Shown: positions 48,779 through 59,576 of the stretch, one piece after another
Position numbering within the stretch: position 1 is the first letter of the stretch
Layout: each line of letters starts with the position of its first letter
IMG/VR virus record: IMGVR_UViG_3300035520_001855
Strand: one strand, 5' to 3'
Length of the DNA: 64,000 nt
From: an uncultured virus (IMG/VR IMGVR_UViG_3300035520_001855)
Taxonomy: Duplodnaviria > Heunggongvirae > Uroviricota > Caudoviricetes
Made by a program: the position numbers and the translations under genes
The notes under the pieces: model-generated
The model's database searches: none
What the model was told of the DNA's origin: nothing
Seen by the model: the letters and a program-made list of their open reading frames with translations, nothing else

Positions 48779-50309
48779 TTTTTAATTCCTCCTTATAAAC
48801 AATTCTTAATTCATTTGAACTACTAATATCCGGTTCAGCTAAAATCACCTGACCGTTATCAGACTTACTTTGTAAGTCTTTCACCACTATATAACGACCA
48901 ATCGAAAATTTTCTTAATTTACCAATCTGCTCTTTTTCCCATTCAGAACCAAGATATAATTTTAAATAGATTGGTTTTAGTTTGCTTATTGCTACCTCAT
49001 TGTATTTTGCAACACGTGGCAACACTCTTAGAATAGAGGCAGTATTGGCTTTTCTGACATCCCAGACAAGAAAACTTTGCATACTTGTTGCTTCTCGGTC
49101 ACCATAGATTTGCATTTTGAAATCTTCAAAGTCAATTGCAGGAACTTTGAAGCCAGCAGCATATACATGACCACCACCCTCAAGATTATACAATCTCAAG
49201 AAATCCCTAAAGTCAACCTTATTGGTTTCATCTCTACCAGATAATTTATAGTAACCGTCACGATTATCTATATAAGCAATAGTGGGCTTATGAAGCTTTT
49301 CAGATATTGCACCTGCAATAAAACCTGTTGCATTTACTAAATATTCCCAATCAAAATTGGAGATACTCAAAGCTTTGTTAAGGTTTACTAAAGTGAAGAA
49401 TCCTAAATCTTCTGTAAATAGATCACAATTTTCAAGTAAAGCATTCTTCTCCTCTTTTGTATTTTGATACAGGTCTTCAACTTCTTTCTTTACAAGCTCA
49501 CGCTGTGTATCTGTTATATGCTCAAAAAATAGTAGTTTTAACAAGTCTGCCCTGTTGTGTCTACATAAATTGTTAATTCTAGGACAGTAACTAAACGATA
49601 CAAAGTTTCGATTTAATTTTGTCCATTTTGTAGTAAATGGTTGTATTTCCTTTGGAAAATAATTCATCATCTTCTCCGGAAACATTACTATCGGTTTTAT
49701 GTACGGGTCATATAACAAACACCCATCTGAATGTAATGTTATATATCCGTATACTTGATTATCCATAGACTGTGGACAGCCTAATCTCTCTCTCCAATAT
49801 TTAGACAATATTGTACAAAGGTATCCAGCAGAAATTTCAAATAAATCCTCATTTCCGCTAAACTTTGAATTTTCAATGGTACATATACCTGCATAATCAT
49901 CATAAACATACTCTGGACTGTGATGGTCAATAACCATCGTTTTCAGACCCATGTCTTTCAGAATAGTTAATTCTTCTAAACTGTTTGTAGAAGAATCCAC
50001 AATAATTACATGAGTTGCATCAGTCCCTAAATGATCTCTAATAAAATCATAGTTAATACCATGTGCCTTTTGATCACCGAAATAAACCTCTATGTTAGAT
50101 TCATTCAAGCCAAAAGTGTACAAATCATTGTACACTATTTTAGCTGAATGAATACCATCAACATCCCAATCTCCTAAGATAATAACCTTGTGATTAGGTG
50201 TTGCTAATATATCTTTTACAAAGTGCAATGTTTCTTCTGCATGTTTTGGTGTTACTTCAGAGTGAGTGTATGGAGTTACGATGGTATCCAATAACTCATT
50301 AAATGTCAT
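48771..50309 (-). CDS. recJ: RecJ-like DHH/DHHA1 exonuclease
   Basis: GDWDVDG, IIVDS, VIDHH, LSGR, GGGHVYAAG. Confidence 0.9.
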   Translation of the reverse strand: MTFNELLDTIVTPYTHSEVTPKHAEETLHFVKDILATPNHKVIILGDWDVDGIHSAKIVYNDLYTFGLNESNIEVYFGDQKAHGINYDFIRDHLGTDATHVIIVDSSTNSLEELTILKDMGLKTMVIDHHSPEYVYDDYAGICTIENSKFSGNEDLFEISAGYLCTILSKYWRERLGCPQSMDNQVYGYITLHSDGCLLYDPYIKPIVMFPEKMMNYFPKEIQPFTTKWTKLNRNFVSFSYCPRINNLCRHNRADLLKLLFFEHITDTQRELVKKEVEDLYQNTKEEKNALLENCDLFTEDLGFFTLVNLNKALSISNFDWEYLVNATGFIAGAISEKLHKPTIAYIDNRDGYYKLSGRDETNKVDFRDFLRLYNLEGGGHVYAAGFKVPAIDFEDFKMQIYGDREATSMQSFLVWDVRKANTASILRVLPRVAKYNEVAISKLKPIYLKLYLGSEWEKEQIGKLRKFSIGRYIVVKDLQSKSDNGQVILAEPDISSSNELRIVYKEELKND

Positions 50310-52924
50310 TTGCTTACCTCCTTTGTATCAATCACTTTACAAATAAACCCTAAAACATTTTGTAGTTGGTCACCATTTTTAACATCAACAAAATCTTCTC
50401 TTAGGTGTATAGTCTCCTCAGCCTCTTGCTGATGAAAACTATTAACACTCTCATTTATTATGTCGCTTGTAAGTTTTTCTTGACTTACTTTTGATTCCTT
50501 AGGTACTTGTTGAATATCTTCTTTGATTTTGTTTGCTAAATCTGATGTTGGCATATTAACTTCCAGCTCAGATAGATCTACATTAATTTCAGAACTAAGG
50601 TCCACTTCAATATCATCATCTGAGCTGAATAAATCTGTTGTAGCATTATCGCTTGTACTATTATCAAAATCTAAATTTACATCAACATCAATCAAATCAT
50701 CTTCATTTGTCATATCATCAATATTTGAGTCTGTCTGACTATCTGTATCCCAAGATATGTCCCCAGTTACATCATCATTAAACTCAATTGTTGTATCTAT
50801 ATCATCAACATTTATATTAGATGTAATTTTAAGATAATCTGTATTAATCTGCTCAACTGTTGATGGCTGGGTTATTGACCAATATAGATGTAGTTTATCT
50901 CTAGCACGTGTTACTGCCACATAAAATAGGCGGAGTTCTTCATCAATTAAGTCCGATATTTCAGCATCTGACATTGTTTCAGAAACTCTTAATAGAGGTA
51001 AATTCTTTCCATCAAGTTCCACTAAAAATACCTCATTAAATTCCAGACCTTTTAATGAATGGAATGATGATAATTTTATACCGTAGCCTTTTGAAATATA
51101 ACGTTGTATGTTATCCTCCATCTCTTTCTTTCTGCATTGGAATTCTATATAAGTTTCATCTTTGCTATAAATGTCCCTTACCATATCTTCCAATTCCTGC
51201 TGAAAAGATGTAACAGCTCTTGTGAATGTCCAATAGGAGTCTTCAAATTGCTTATATATCAACTCCATTACTTCTCGCATAGTTCCACGTTTTCTTACTA
51301 GAGTTGATGCTTGCTCAAGTATTTTAAATTGATCTGCTATTAATCGCTGTTTACCATAACGTACAGGTAACACTTCTGCAGGCAATTCATAGAAATACTC
51401 CAAATCATTTTCATCCATATAATCTTCTAACTCACTAAATAACTTTTCTTTCTCTTTCTCTGTTATTTTCTTTATTGCTGAAACCTTGTAAAGAGATTGA
51501 AAAGCTAAATCTAGATTAGTTGGAGATTTTAACATTGCAAATATGCCTTTAAGGTGCTGGGACAATTTGTCCTGTCCAGGCATCATCTCTGGGCGAACTC
51601 GGAAAGGTATTCCTTCCTCCATAAGCTTTTGTGCTATGTAATAACATGTGACATTTTTCCTAAAACCTATACACATCTTACCAAGAATATCTTTAGGAAT
51701 ATCTCTCAGATATGCTGCAATATCTTTGATGGCTTCTGTACTATCACCGTAATGATGAATATCAACAATTCCACCAGGTCTGATAGCCTTTAACTCCTGT
51801 GGTATACGTTTGTTAAGTGAATTGATTACACATTTTGCATAGTTTAGAATTTCCTCAGAACAACGTCTATTCACAGACAATGTGCAAAGTACAGCATCTG
51901 GAAAATCTTCTTTAAACTTAAAACAAGTGTCAGGTCTTGAACCTTTGAAGCCATAAATTGCTTGGTCACCATCACCAATTGCGATTAGACGGTTTTTTGT
52001 GTTGACCATTATTTTTATGAGTCTAAATACAGATTCGCTAATGTCCTGTAACTCATCAACAACAATCAATTCATACAAGTTCTCAACTATATGCCTGAAA
52101 TCTTCATCAATTTCACAACGTTCCAATACAAGTCTAGCTGTGTCAGAATGGTGGAACTTATTATCAACATGTAAGTGTGATTTATATGATGCTATGATTC
52201 TGTCTATAACATCTGGTGAAACTCCCGTATCCAATATAAGTGAGTTGTTTTTTAAGTCATAAACAGATTTACAAGTTTCATTTAACAAATCATATATAGA
52301 CAAACAATTAGCTATCAGATTTTCAGATACTTCAAAAGATTTCATATCATCTGCTATCGCATTGACAACTTTTGACATCAAAATATTGGCGTCTTCATTT
52401 GTAATTATGTTTAAACTTCCCAAATTCCAATAATCTTTATATTGGTCTACTAAATTATAGGTAAGTGAGTTAAGTGAACGGATATTAGGCATATCACGTT
52501 CCTCTAACATGATTCCAAATCTTCTAGTCACAAGATTGTTATTATTAACAACATGTTGCATCTTTCTTTTTATGTCTGCAACACTATCATTATTAAAGGA
52601 TAGCATACAAATTGTTCTAGGATTTGTTCCACGTAACCTTATTTCTCTATCAATCTTGTTACAAGTTAAAGTTGTTTTTCCTGCTCCAGCAGTTGCTGAT
52701 ACTAGAACAATTCTAGCATCATACATGATATACTGTAATGGCTCATTAGAATATTCTAAATCCAACTTTGAATACTCTGCACATTGTCGTACAAGATTAT
52801 ATATTTGTACTGCTGACAATTGCTTGAATGTTTTAAATCCTCCAGTTGCATTTGAAGGAAGTGTTAGTCCCTTGTCTATCATGCTCAATATCATGTCTTT
52901 TTGTGACATGTTTAACAAATTCAT
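50306..52924 (-). CDS. UvrD/PcrA superfamily 1 helicase with long acidic tail
   Basis: ATAGAGKT, VVDELQD, IGDGDQAIYGFKG, NRRCS, HSLKGLEF, RLFYVAVTRAR. Confidence 0.95.
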   Translation of the reverse strand: MNLLNMSQKDMILSMIDKGLTLPSNATGGFKTFKQLSAVQIYNLVRQCAEYSKLDLEYSNEPLQYIMYDARIVLVSATAGAGKTTLTCNKIDREIRLRGTNPRTICMLSFNNDSVADIKRKMQHVVNNNNLVTRRFGIMLEERDMPNIRSLNSLTYNLVDQYKDYWNLGSLNIITNEDANILMSKVVNAIADDMKSFEVSENLIANCLSIYDLLNETCKSVYDLKNNSLILDTGVSPDVIDRIIASYKSHLHVDNKFHHSDTARLVLERCEIDEDFRHIVENLYELIVVDELQDISESVFRLIKIMVNTKNRLIAIGDGDQAIYGFKGSRPDTCFKFKEDFPDAVLCTLSVNRRCSEEILNYAKCVINSLNKRIPQELKAIRPGGIVDIHHYGDSTEAIKDIAAYLRDIPKDILGKMCIGFRKNVTCYYIAQKLMEEGIPFRVRPEMMPGQDKLSQHLKGIFAMLKSPTNLDLAFQSLYKVSAIKKITEKEKEKLFSELEDYMDENDLEYFYELPAEVLPVRYGKQRLIADQFKILEQASTLVRKRGTMREVMELIYKQFEDSYWTFTRAVTSFQQELEDMVRDIYSKDETYIEFQCRKKEMEDNIQRYISKGYGIKLSSFHSLKGLEFNEVFLVELDGKNLPLLRVSETMSDAEISDLIDEELRLFYVAVTRARDKLHLYWSITQPSTVEQINTDYLKITSNINVDDIDTTIEFNDDVTGDISWDTDSQTDSNIDDMTNEDDLIDVDVNLDFDNSTSDNATTDLFSSDDDIEVDLSSEINVDLSELEVNMPTSDLANKIKEDIQQVPKESKVSQEKLTSDIINESVNSFHQQEAEETIHLREDFVDVKNGDQLQNVLGFICKVIDTKEVSK

Positions 52925-52944
52925 ACAAACACTCCTTTCATAAA

Positions 52945-54930
52945 TTAAACTGAAATATCTGCTCCACTTATATTTCCTACATAATCATACTTCAGTAATT
53001 GTAACAAACCTTTCTCATTATAGGCTTTGATTTTCTTATATGCATCTGTATTTGTAGGTTTTGCATATAAATTATTCAATATAATCATAGCTTCTCTTAT
53101 ATATTTCCTAACCATTTCATCATTACCTTTTAATGCATTATTGCATGCATATTTTAATTTGGAGACAAATGTACTTACATCAGCAAATTCAATTTCAGCT
53201 AAAATATTGATTGTCTCAGCTGTCGCTACAATATCTGTATCTATGAATTTTCCCTTTACTGATGCAAAGCTAAATGCATTCATTGGCACAAGACTTGTGG
53301 GTGCTACTCTTATTTTTGTACCATTGTCAAGATTTACCGTTACTTTATATGATTCAGGTTTTATTGGAGTTACATACATGTTATCATCTTTTCTAACAAG
53401 GCAGATATTTGATAATTTTACTGGTTCATCTGCAATTTTTGTTATAACCGCTTTCTGAACTTGTAAAAAGAATTCTTCCAATAAAGCTTCTAAATTTTCA
53501 CCGCTATCAAGATGAAAAATCTTTCTATTCAACGTGCGTATGAACTCTACATCAATAAAATCCTCCCATTGAACAATGTCCTCTAATTTAAAATCAATTG
53601 ATTTTGTTTCAACATATAGCATGTTTACATCAAAATGTTGTCCTGTTAAAAGAGAATTCAATGGTATAGCTTTTTGTGTAAAGCTTACATTATCTACACT
53701 TTGTATGGTTCCATATTTAAATCTACCCGGCTGTGCACCTGTAACAGCTATATCTTTTCCAACTAATTTAGAACATCTATATAGATGTTCTGTAAATGGT
53801 GCATAATTTGCTGTAAATAACTTACTAATCATACTTAAAATGATTCTATTACTGCCATCATTACCTAAATCAAAATCTGCACCATACTTCGCTGCAAGAT
53901 ATGCGATTATATAACGTTTTTTAACAGAATTTTGTTTCTTCTCAAATGAGAGTGTATCCCATAAACTACTTGTTTGGTCTGTTAAATACTTTTCTGTTTC
54001 ATCTTCTGAAAAGATAATAGCTTGTCCCATCAATGTTTTACTTAATGTATCTGGGTCAAGTTGCTGTTCTTCTGGTGACAAGAGACTTCTTGCAATCTCA
54101 GGATATTCACCCTTTTCTGTTCTCAAAATAGCAGTGCTTACAAGGTCACCACCATTATCTTGTTCAAGAAGAAATCTTAGATACTTGAACTTTGGTAATG
54201 TGTGCAAACACTCTGTCAAATAGCGTAAACCATTAATGTTATCTACTAAATTTGGAGACACAAATTCTATCTCACTAAATTGACTGTCTCTCTTTATATT
54301 ATTTACCAATGTAAGTATTTTAGTATTTGTGTTTACTGTATAACCTGCTAAGTCACCATTTGAATTTGATGTGAACTGTATTGGACCTACTATGATTTTT
54401 GTTGATACAGCCGTATCTGGGATATTCTTCAAAATCTCCTGTTTCAGTAACTCTAAATTTGACTCTAATACATTATCAACATAAATAAATCTATTATCTT
54501 CAAATTTATTAAATATGCTTTGCAATTCTCTTACTTTGTTTTTATCTTGCACACCATTGACTGTTATGTCGGTATGGTGTAACATATATAGAGTATGCAC
54601 TTCTTTTGTTGCTAAATCTATTCTGGTATTGAAATTCAAATTATCCATAGCTTTTGATTTCGTAAAGTATTTAGCTAAAGATTCAAAAGTCAATTTATAC
54701 TGTTCACCGTACTGTGCCAACAATTCAATATCAGAATAAATGTCGTTTAAAAAATTCAACACATCTTGACCTTGACCTGCTAACCCACTATATAACATCT
54801 CAAAGGCTATTAAACCTAAGTCGGTGTTACAAGCTTCTACTGTTTGATTTGTTAATTCCAGATAGAAATTTAAAGATGGTGCTAAATTAAATTTTGAATC
54901 ATCTTTCATTAATTCCTCAGGTATATTCAC
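52945..54930 (-). CDS. Hypothetical protein
   Basis: 661-aa ORF overlapping upstream stop. Confidence 0.8.
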   Translation of the reverse strand: MNIPEELMKDDSKFNLAPSLNFYLELTNQTVEACNTDLGLIAFEMLYSGLAGQGQDVLNFLNDIYSDIELLAQYGEQYKLTFESLAKYFTKSKAMDNLNFNTRIDLATKEVHTLYMLHHTDITVNGVQDKNKVRELQSIFNKFEDNRFIYVDNVLESNLELLKQEILKNIPDTAVSTKIIVGPIQFTSNSNGDLAGYTVNTNTKILTLVNNIKRDSQFSEIEFVSPNLVDNINGLRYLTECLHTLPKFKYLRFLLEQDNGGDLVSTAILRTEKGEYPEIARSLLSPEEQQLDPDTLSKTLMGQAIIFSEDETEKYLTDQTSSLWDTLSFEKKQNSVKKRYIIAYLAAKYGADFDLGNDGSNRIILSMISKLFTANYAPFTEHLYRCSKLVGKDIAVTGAQPGRFKYGTIQSVDNVSFTQKAIPLNSLLTGQHFDVNMLYVETKSIDFKLEDIVQWEDFIDVEFIRTLNRKIFHLDSGENLEALLEEFFLQVQKAVITKIADEPVKLSNICLVRKDDNMYVTPIKPESYKVTVNLDNGTKIRVAPTSLVPMNAFSFASVKGKFIDTDIVATAETINILAEIEFADVSTFVSKLKYACNNALKGNDEMVRKYIREAMIILNNLYAKPTNTDAYKKIKAYNEKGLLQLLKYDYVGNISGADISV

Positions 54931-55579
54931 TTCTAATCACCTCTGTTATTTTATTTTCGGACTTGTCACGTACCAAATTATACTGAACACGAGGTAAATC
55001 CTTGTATAGTGTATCTTTATGTTCAATTAAGATAATTTGATAACCATTATCAATTAGATTATGTAACAAATCCGATACGACATGTGTTGACTCCATATCA
55101 CCAGAATTGATTGCCTCATCCATAATCAAAATCTCACAGCCAGCTAAAATTTGAATCATTGTTGATATGCTGAAAGAACATATTTGTCTAAAGAATCTAC
55201 CGTTTTGCATTCTTGTTGGAAACAATCTATCGCCATGTCCTGTGTAGAAATCAATAATTTCTTTACCCCTGTAAGTTGAAGTTTCAAACTTCACATTAAA
55301 ATTATCTCCAGGAAAAATTTTATTTAAATTTTCCTTTACCTGTTCCTCAAGACACTTTAAGCGTTCAGCTTTATAGGAGTTTAATCCATTAGTGCAAAGT
55401 ATCTCAATTTTTTGGTAACTTGACTTAGCTTTAGTTATTAAATTTAGAGTATTGTAATACTTCTCAAGATCTCTTTTTAATACTGTTTCTTGCTCTTTCA
55501 ATGATTTAACATTATTTAAAAGACCTTCTAAATTATATATTGTCATGTCTCTTGAAGAACTACTATCTGCCGAATTCAT
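54917..55579 (-). CDS. SbcC/Rad50-like C-terminal half
   Basis: Coiled coil, degenerate signature MQNG, LIMDEA..GD, LIEH. Confidence 0.75.
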   Translation of the reverse strand: MNSADSSSSRDMTIYNLEGLLNNVKSLKEQETVLKRDLEKYYNTLNLITKAKSSYQKIEILCTNGLNSYKAERLKCLEEQVKENLNKIFPGDNFNVKFETSTYRGKEIIDFYTGHGDRLFPTRMQNGRFFRQICSFSISTMIQILAGCEILIMDEAINSGDMESTHVVSDLLHNLIDNGYQIILIEHKDTLYKDLPRVQYNLVRDKSENKITEVIRSEYT

Positions 55580-56669
55580 AGGTCATATCACGCTCTTTTC
55601 TGATATATCTGACACTTTCATTCCATCTCATTAAAACACAGATACCACCTACATCAAACTTAACAATATTTTTATATACTGCTATTTTAGCTATCGGACC
55701 AGATGTTAAAATATTCTTGATGTTCAATAAATCTCTTAATTGAACAGTTATCATTTTGTTTTTTATATCTGTATTTGATGTTGAAACAGCTCCTATATTT
55801 ATTCCATAAACTTCACTATCTTGTTTTACTGTGATTAATTTCTGGTCAAAATTTATAGCACATACACACGATGAGTCTGCTTTAAGAATTTTTGATGAAA
55901 TGTTACCTAAGAAATGTCCAAAACTTCCTAAATCTAATTCAGCTGAGTACAATGCACCCTCATTGCTAAAATATTGTGGTGGAATCATATCAACTGATTT
56001 GATATTTGCTTTTCGAACACCCAAAATAAAACCTGGCCTATTCAATATAAGATAATTAGCCATATCATATACCGAACAATCCACTTTAAATCTATCAATT
56101 TCTTTTAAAGCATCAATTGTTAAACCAATTGGATTTTTTACACCCATATTCTCATTCAAGTGAATAAAAACTTTTAAAGATGTTGAAGTTGTTGTTATAA
56201 TGTTTGGTGTTATTATTAAACTGTGATTTGTTGACATACACATATCAATTAACACTTTTGCAAATTCTAATGCATGTATTTTTAAAGGTGCACAACCTGT
56301 TAAATTCATGAAGTTGTAAACATCTGCTATTCTAGATTCAGGTATTCTGCTTGCAACACCAGAAGCAGCAATTACTGATTCATTATTTTTATTTACATAA
56401 CTGATAGATACCAATGAATTCTCTGTGTCCAAATCAATATTAAGACTTCCTTCATCCAAACAAGTTGCAATAACTAAATTTGAATCAATGCTATACACTT
56501 GAAGCTCATTGGCTGATTCTCCATTAAACTTTACAGCCTTGAAGTACTCTATATTATCAACTAAAAATATCGTCGATGTTTTTGACAAAATTAATAAAAT
56601 ATTGTCAGACATTTTAGCAAGAGCTGCTAATCTTCTCGACTGCTGCTTGTTCATTAATATTTTTGTCAT
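55563..56669 (-). CDS. Hypothetical protein; candidate divergent sliding clamp
   Basis: 368 aa (DnaN size), alternating helix/strand look, same block as DnaX; no diagnostic motif. Confidence 0.35.
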   Translation of the reverse strand: MTKILMNKQQSRRLAALAKMSDNILLILSKTSTIFLVDNIEYFKAVKFNGESANELQVYSIDSNLVIATCLDEGSLNIDLDTENSLVSISYVNKNNESVIAASGVASRIPESRIADVYNFMNLTGCAPLKIHALEFAKVLIDMCMSTNHSLIITPNIITTTSTSLKVFIHLNENMGVKNPIGLTIDALKEIDRFKVDCSVYDMANYLILNRPGFILGVRKANIKSVDMIPPQYFSNEGALYSAELDLGSFGHFLGNISSKILKADSSCVCAINFDQKLITVKQDSEVYGINIGAVSTSNTDIKNKMITVQLRDLLNIKNILTSGPIAKIAVYKNIVKFDVGGICVLMRWNESVRYIRKERDMTYEFGR

Positions 56670-56947
56670 TTAGCAAGCTCCTCTCTAGCCTTATTTGCAC
56701 TTTCTAAGAACTTGTTTTTAAGAAGCTCTTTGTTCCTTTTTATATCTTCCAGAACACTAAGTGTGTATTCTTTATCTGCAAGTCGCTCATAGTCTATTTT
56801 AATAAAATCTTTACCTTCCAAGAGACTACGCAATCTTTTTATTGATTCCTCAAGCTGTGTTTGTGCTTTTATATTCTCATTCTTTGCAAGCTGATTCTTT
56901 GCCTGTAAATCCTTAAAAATACTCTCTAAATTAGTCGTGTCACCCAT
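56666..56947 (-). CDS. Small coiled-coil protein
   Basis: Charged heptad-like sequence between the SbcC halves. Confidence 0.65.
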   Translation of the reverse strand: MGDTTNLESIFKDLQAKNQLAKNENIKAQTQLEESIKRLRSLLEGKDFIKIDYERLADKEYTLSVLEDIKRNKELLKNKFLESANKAREELAK

Positions 56948-57978
56948 CCAGGTACACCTCCTTTACCAAGTTCATCAAATAACTCCAACGTTTCAGCATC
57001 ATTTTCCAAGTCTTTCCTTATAGCTGCAACTGGATCCATTAACGTTAAATCATATTTTTTAATTAGTGATTTCTTGTATTTTGCTGTCTTATATTTTTCT
57101 TTATCTTTGCTTGCTTGAAGTGTGTCAACTGTTTCTGTATCATACTTTGGTAACTGAATTACAAACTTATCTATGTTGTATCCTGTTTCATCAAAATCTA
57201 TGTAATACAGATTCCTTTCAGACTCCGTGTATATAACTTCATTTATATTTGTCAAACCTAGGCTCCCACAAAAATGTGCATTTGTAAAAGGGACATCACC
57301 ATAATCCCAATCAAACTTATAATCTCCCATAAGCATATGATTATGCCCAAAAAAAGCCTCATTAAAGTGGGATATAGCACAACCATCACAAATTTCACCG
57401 TATTCAATATACTTTGTGTCAACTTGTGCTATATTTAACTTTGCTAAAGAGTCAGACAATTGTTTTGTCATCCAGTAATTATGACAGAACAAGAAATTTA
57501 TCTTTCCTTCAGGTAGTATCACTCTTGTATTGAAATGATTAAAAATCATTTGATTGTCATATATTTCCAAGCTGTCCGGTATTCTTATAATAGGTAAATT
57601 ACCAGTTCCCTTTAATCCAAGTGTCCGTGCTGACATCGACTCAACATCACCAACAAGAGACCAAAATGGGTTTTGGTCTCTATATGTAATTTCATGGTTT
57701 CCTATCACAGAGAATACTCCATTGCAAATCGCACGTAAAACTTGCATCTTTTGAAACCAATCAAGATAAGCTTGACTATCTGCAAATTTTGAATGAAAGA
57801 TATCACCTAAAAATACGACATATGTTTTTTCTCTACGGTTATTTTTTATTATGTTCACCAGAGTATCATAAATTCGTACACACTCTTCCTTGTAGTCTTT
57901 TCTATTGGAGATATTTTTACACCAGAAGTGTGTATCTTGAATGATATAAATCCTTGAAGGTTTATTAGGCAATTGCAT
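56926..57978 (-). CDS. sbcD: SbcD/Mre11-like metallophosphoesterase nuclease
   Basis: QDTH, FLGDIFH, IGNHE, FGHNH, CGSL. Confidence 0.85.
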   Translation of the reverse strand: MQLPNKPSRIYIIQDTHFWCKNISNRKDYKEECVRIYDTLVNIIKNNRREKTYVVFLGDIFHSKFADSQAYLDWFQKMQVLRAICNGVFSVIGNHEITYRDQNPFWSLVGDVESMSARTLGLKGTGNLPIIRIPDSLEIYDNQMIFNHFNTRVILPEGKINFLFCHNYWMTKQLSDSLAKLNIAQVDTKYIEYGEICDGCAISHFNEAFFGHNHMLMGDYKFDWDYGDVPFTNAHFCGSLGLTNINEVIYTESERNLYYIDFDETGYNIDKFVIQLPKYDTETVDTLQASKDKEKYKTAKYKKSLIKKYDLTLMDPVAAIRKDLENDAETLELFDELGKGGVPGWVTRLI

Positions 57979-57980
57979 AA

Positions 57981-59126
57981 TCACAACTCCTTTACCCATA
58001 TTTGTCCACAAAGTGGGCATGTTTTATTTTCTTGTTTAAACTTTTCCAAATCTTGTGTAGTTTTTGCTAAATCATTTTTAGAAATAATCAAATAATCTAA
58101 AGAATTCACTAAAGTAATTAGAGCTTCTTCTATTAATGTTAGATCAGTAAAAGTTAATAACATCTTTTCCAGTTTTACTGTATCAACAGTAGGTTTTTCT
58201 TTGCTAAATAATATGACATCTTGTAAAGCTTTGTGAACTGATTCATATAGTGTGATGTCATTTAGAATTTCAGATAGTCTGTTGAAAATTTCATCATCAA
58301 TGACTGGTTTTGATTTTATAGTTGTTACGTACGCTAAATTCGATTCAATATTTTCCAAGTCATGTAGTTGATTAATCACATACTCAAGACCTTCTAAATC
58401 TGTTGTAGACCTTTGCTTGATTGCTGAAACATACTGTAGTTCAACCTCGGCTTTATCATATATATTCAATATGCCATTCAATTCTTTGCAATAACTTATA
58501 AGTGAATCAACTTCGTTGACATCACAATATGTCTGTAAACCTCTCAATCTTTCTGAGTATTCTGTATATAAATATTTGACATTCTTTTCAGTTGCAGTTA
58601 ACCTCGTAATAAACTCTCTGGCTAACTCTTTTCTGTGTCGTAAGTCTTCATGATCAAGATATAATGACATGATCTTTGTGTTATATTCCATATCTGTTGT
58701 GTCATATAACATTGGTGATTCATTGTCAAGAATGTTCAAAATTCTTAAAGAATCTGCACATGTTATTAAATTTAACATTTTAGCAACTTTGTGAATATCA
58801 GAACGTTCAATACGTTCTGCTGTTCCATCAGGATAACCAACGACTGTGATCACAGCAGTTGATGTAAACCTAAAACAAATTTGTGTATTATCTTCCAAGG
58901 TTATTTTGAAATCACCATAACTATTCTCAGGGTAATTTCTTATTATAGCCTTTCTTGTCTTTGCATCATATTGCTCAAAATATAATCCTAATCTTAAACA
59001 TTTAATGAACACAGATTTTCCTGTTTCTGATTTAGCTTCAATTACTGTTAAACCATTTAAACTTAAGTTAATTTTTCCATTTTCCCATGATTGAATGTTA
59101 TTAAATTCAAAAGATTTCCATTTCAA
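57981..59126 (-). CDS. SbcC/Rad50-like N-terminal half ending at the zinc hook
   Basis: NIQSW, AKSETGKS Walker A, coiled coil, CPLCGQ at C-terminus. Confidence 0.8.
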   Translation of the reverse strand: MKWKSFEFNNIQSWENGKINLSLNGLTVIEAKSETGKSVFIKCLRLGLYFEQYDAKTRKAIIRNYPENSYGDFKITLEDNTQICFRFTSTAVITVVGYPDGTAERIERSDIHKVAKMLNLITCADSLRILNILDNESPMLYDTTDMEYNTKIMSLYLDHEDLRHRKELAREFITRLTATEKNVKYLYTEYSERLRGLQTYCDVNEVDSLISYCKELNGILNIYDKAEVELQYVSAIKQRSTTDLEGLEYVINQLHDLENIESNLAYVTTIKSKPVIDDEIFNRLSEILNDITLYESVHKALQDVILFSKEKPTVDTVKLEKMLLTFTDLTLIEEALITLVNSLDYLIISKNDLAKTTQDLEKFKQENKTCPLCGQIWVKEL

Positions 59127-59139
59127 ATGAACTCCTCCA

Positions 59140-59478
59140 TTAACATACATATTTCATTACATTACTAAACTGGATATCTGTGAAATGTCTTGGGTGGTAC
59201 ATCAAATCTAAAAATTCCGATTTACTACAATCAATTCTTATTTTTATAGTTTGCTTGTTTGTATCTATAACCAAATAAAATTCAGGTTCTGTAAATACAT
59301 GCTCCTCCAAACCATAAACATCAATGATATCTTCATCATGATCAAGTTGTATAACAGTATACCCCTTAAATACAGCTACTTTTTTATTACCGATTAAACT
59401 AATATCCAAATGTAATCTTATGTTTGTATATAATCCTGCATCTTTTGGTACTTCCCTTAATTTCTCGTATATTTGCAT
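59140..59478 (-). CDS. Hypothetical protein
   Basis: GGGGGTGA RBS. Confidence 0.65.
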   Translation of the reverse strand: MQIYEKLREVPKDAGLYTNIRLHLDISLIGNKKVAVFKGYTVIQLDHDEDIIDVYGLEEHVFTEPEFYLVIDTNKQTIKIRIDCSKSEFLDLMYHPRHFTDIQFSNVMKYVC

Positions 59479-59502
59479 TATTTTTCACCCCCATGCAAAA
59501 AA

Positions 59503-59537
59503 CAAAATGGTTATGCCCTGTTGACATAACCATTTTG
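59503..59537 (-). terminator. Intrinsic terminator
   Basis: caaaatggttatg..cataaccattttg followed by a T run on the minus strand. Confidence 0.7.
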
Positions 59538-59576
59538 GACTTCTATGTCACATTAAAACCATGTGACAAACACCAT

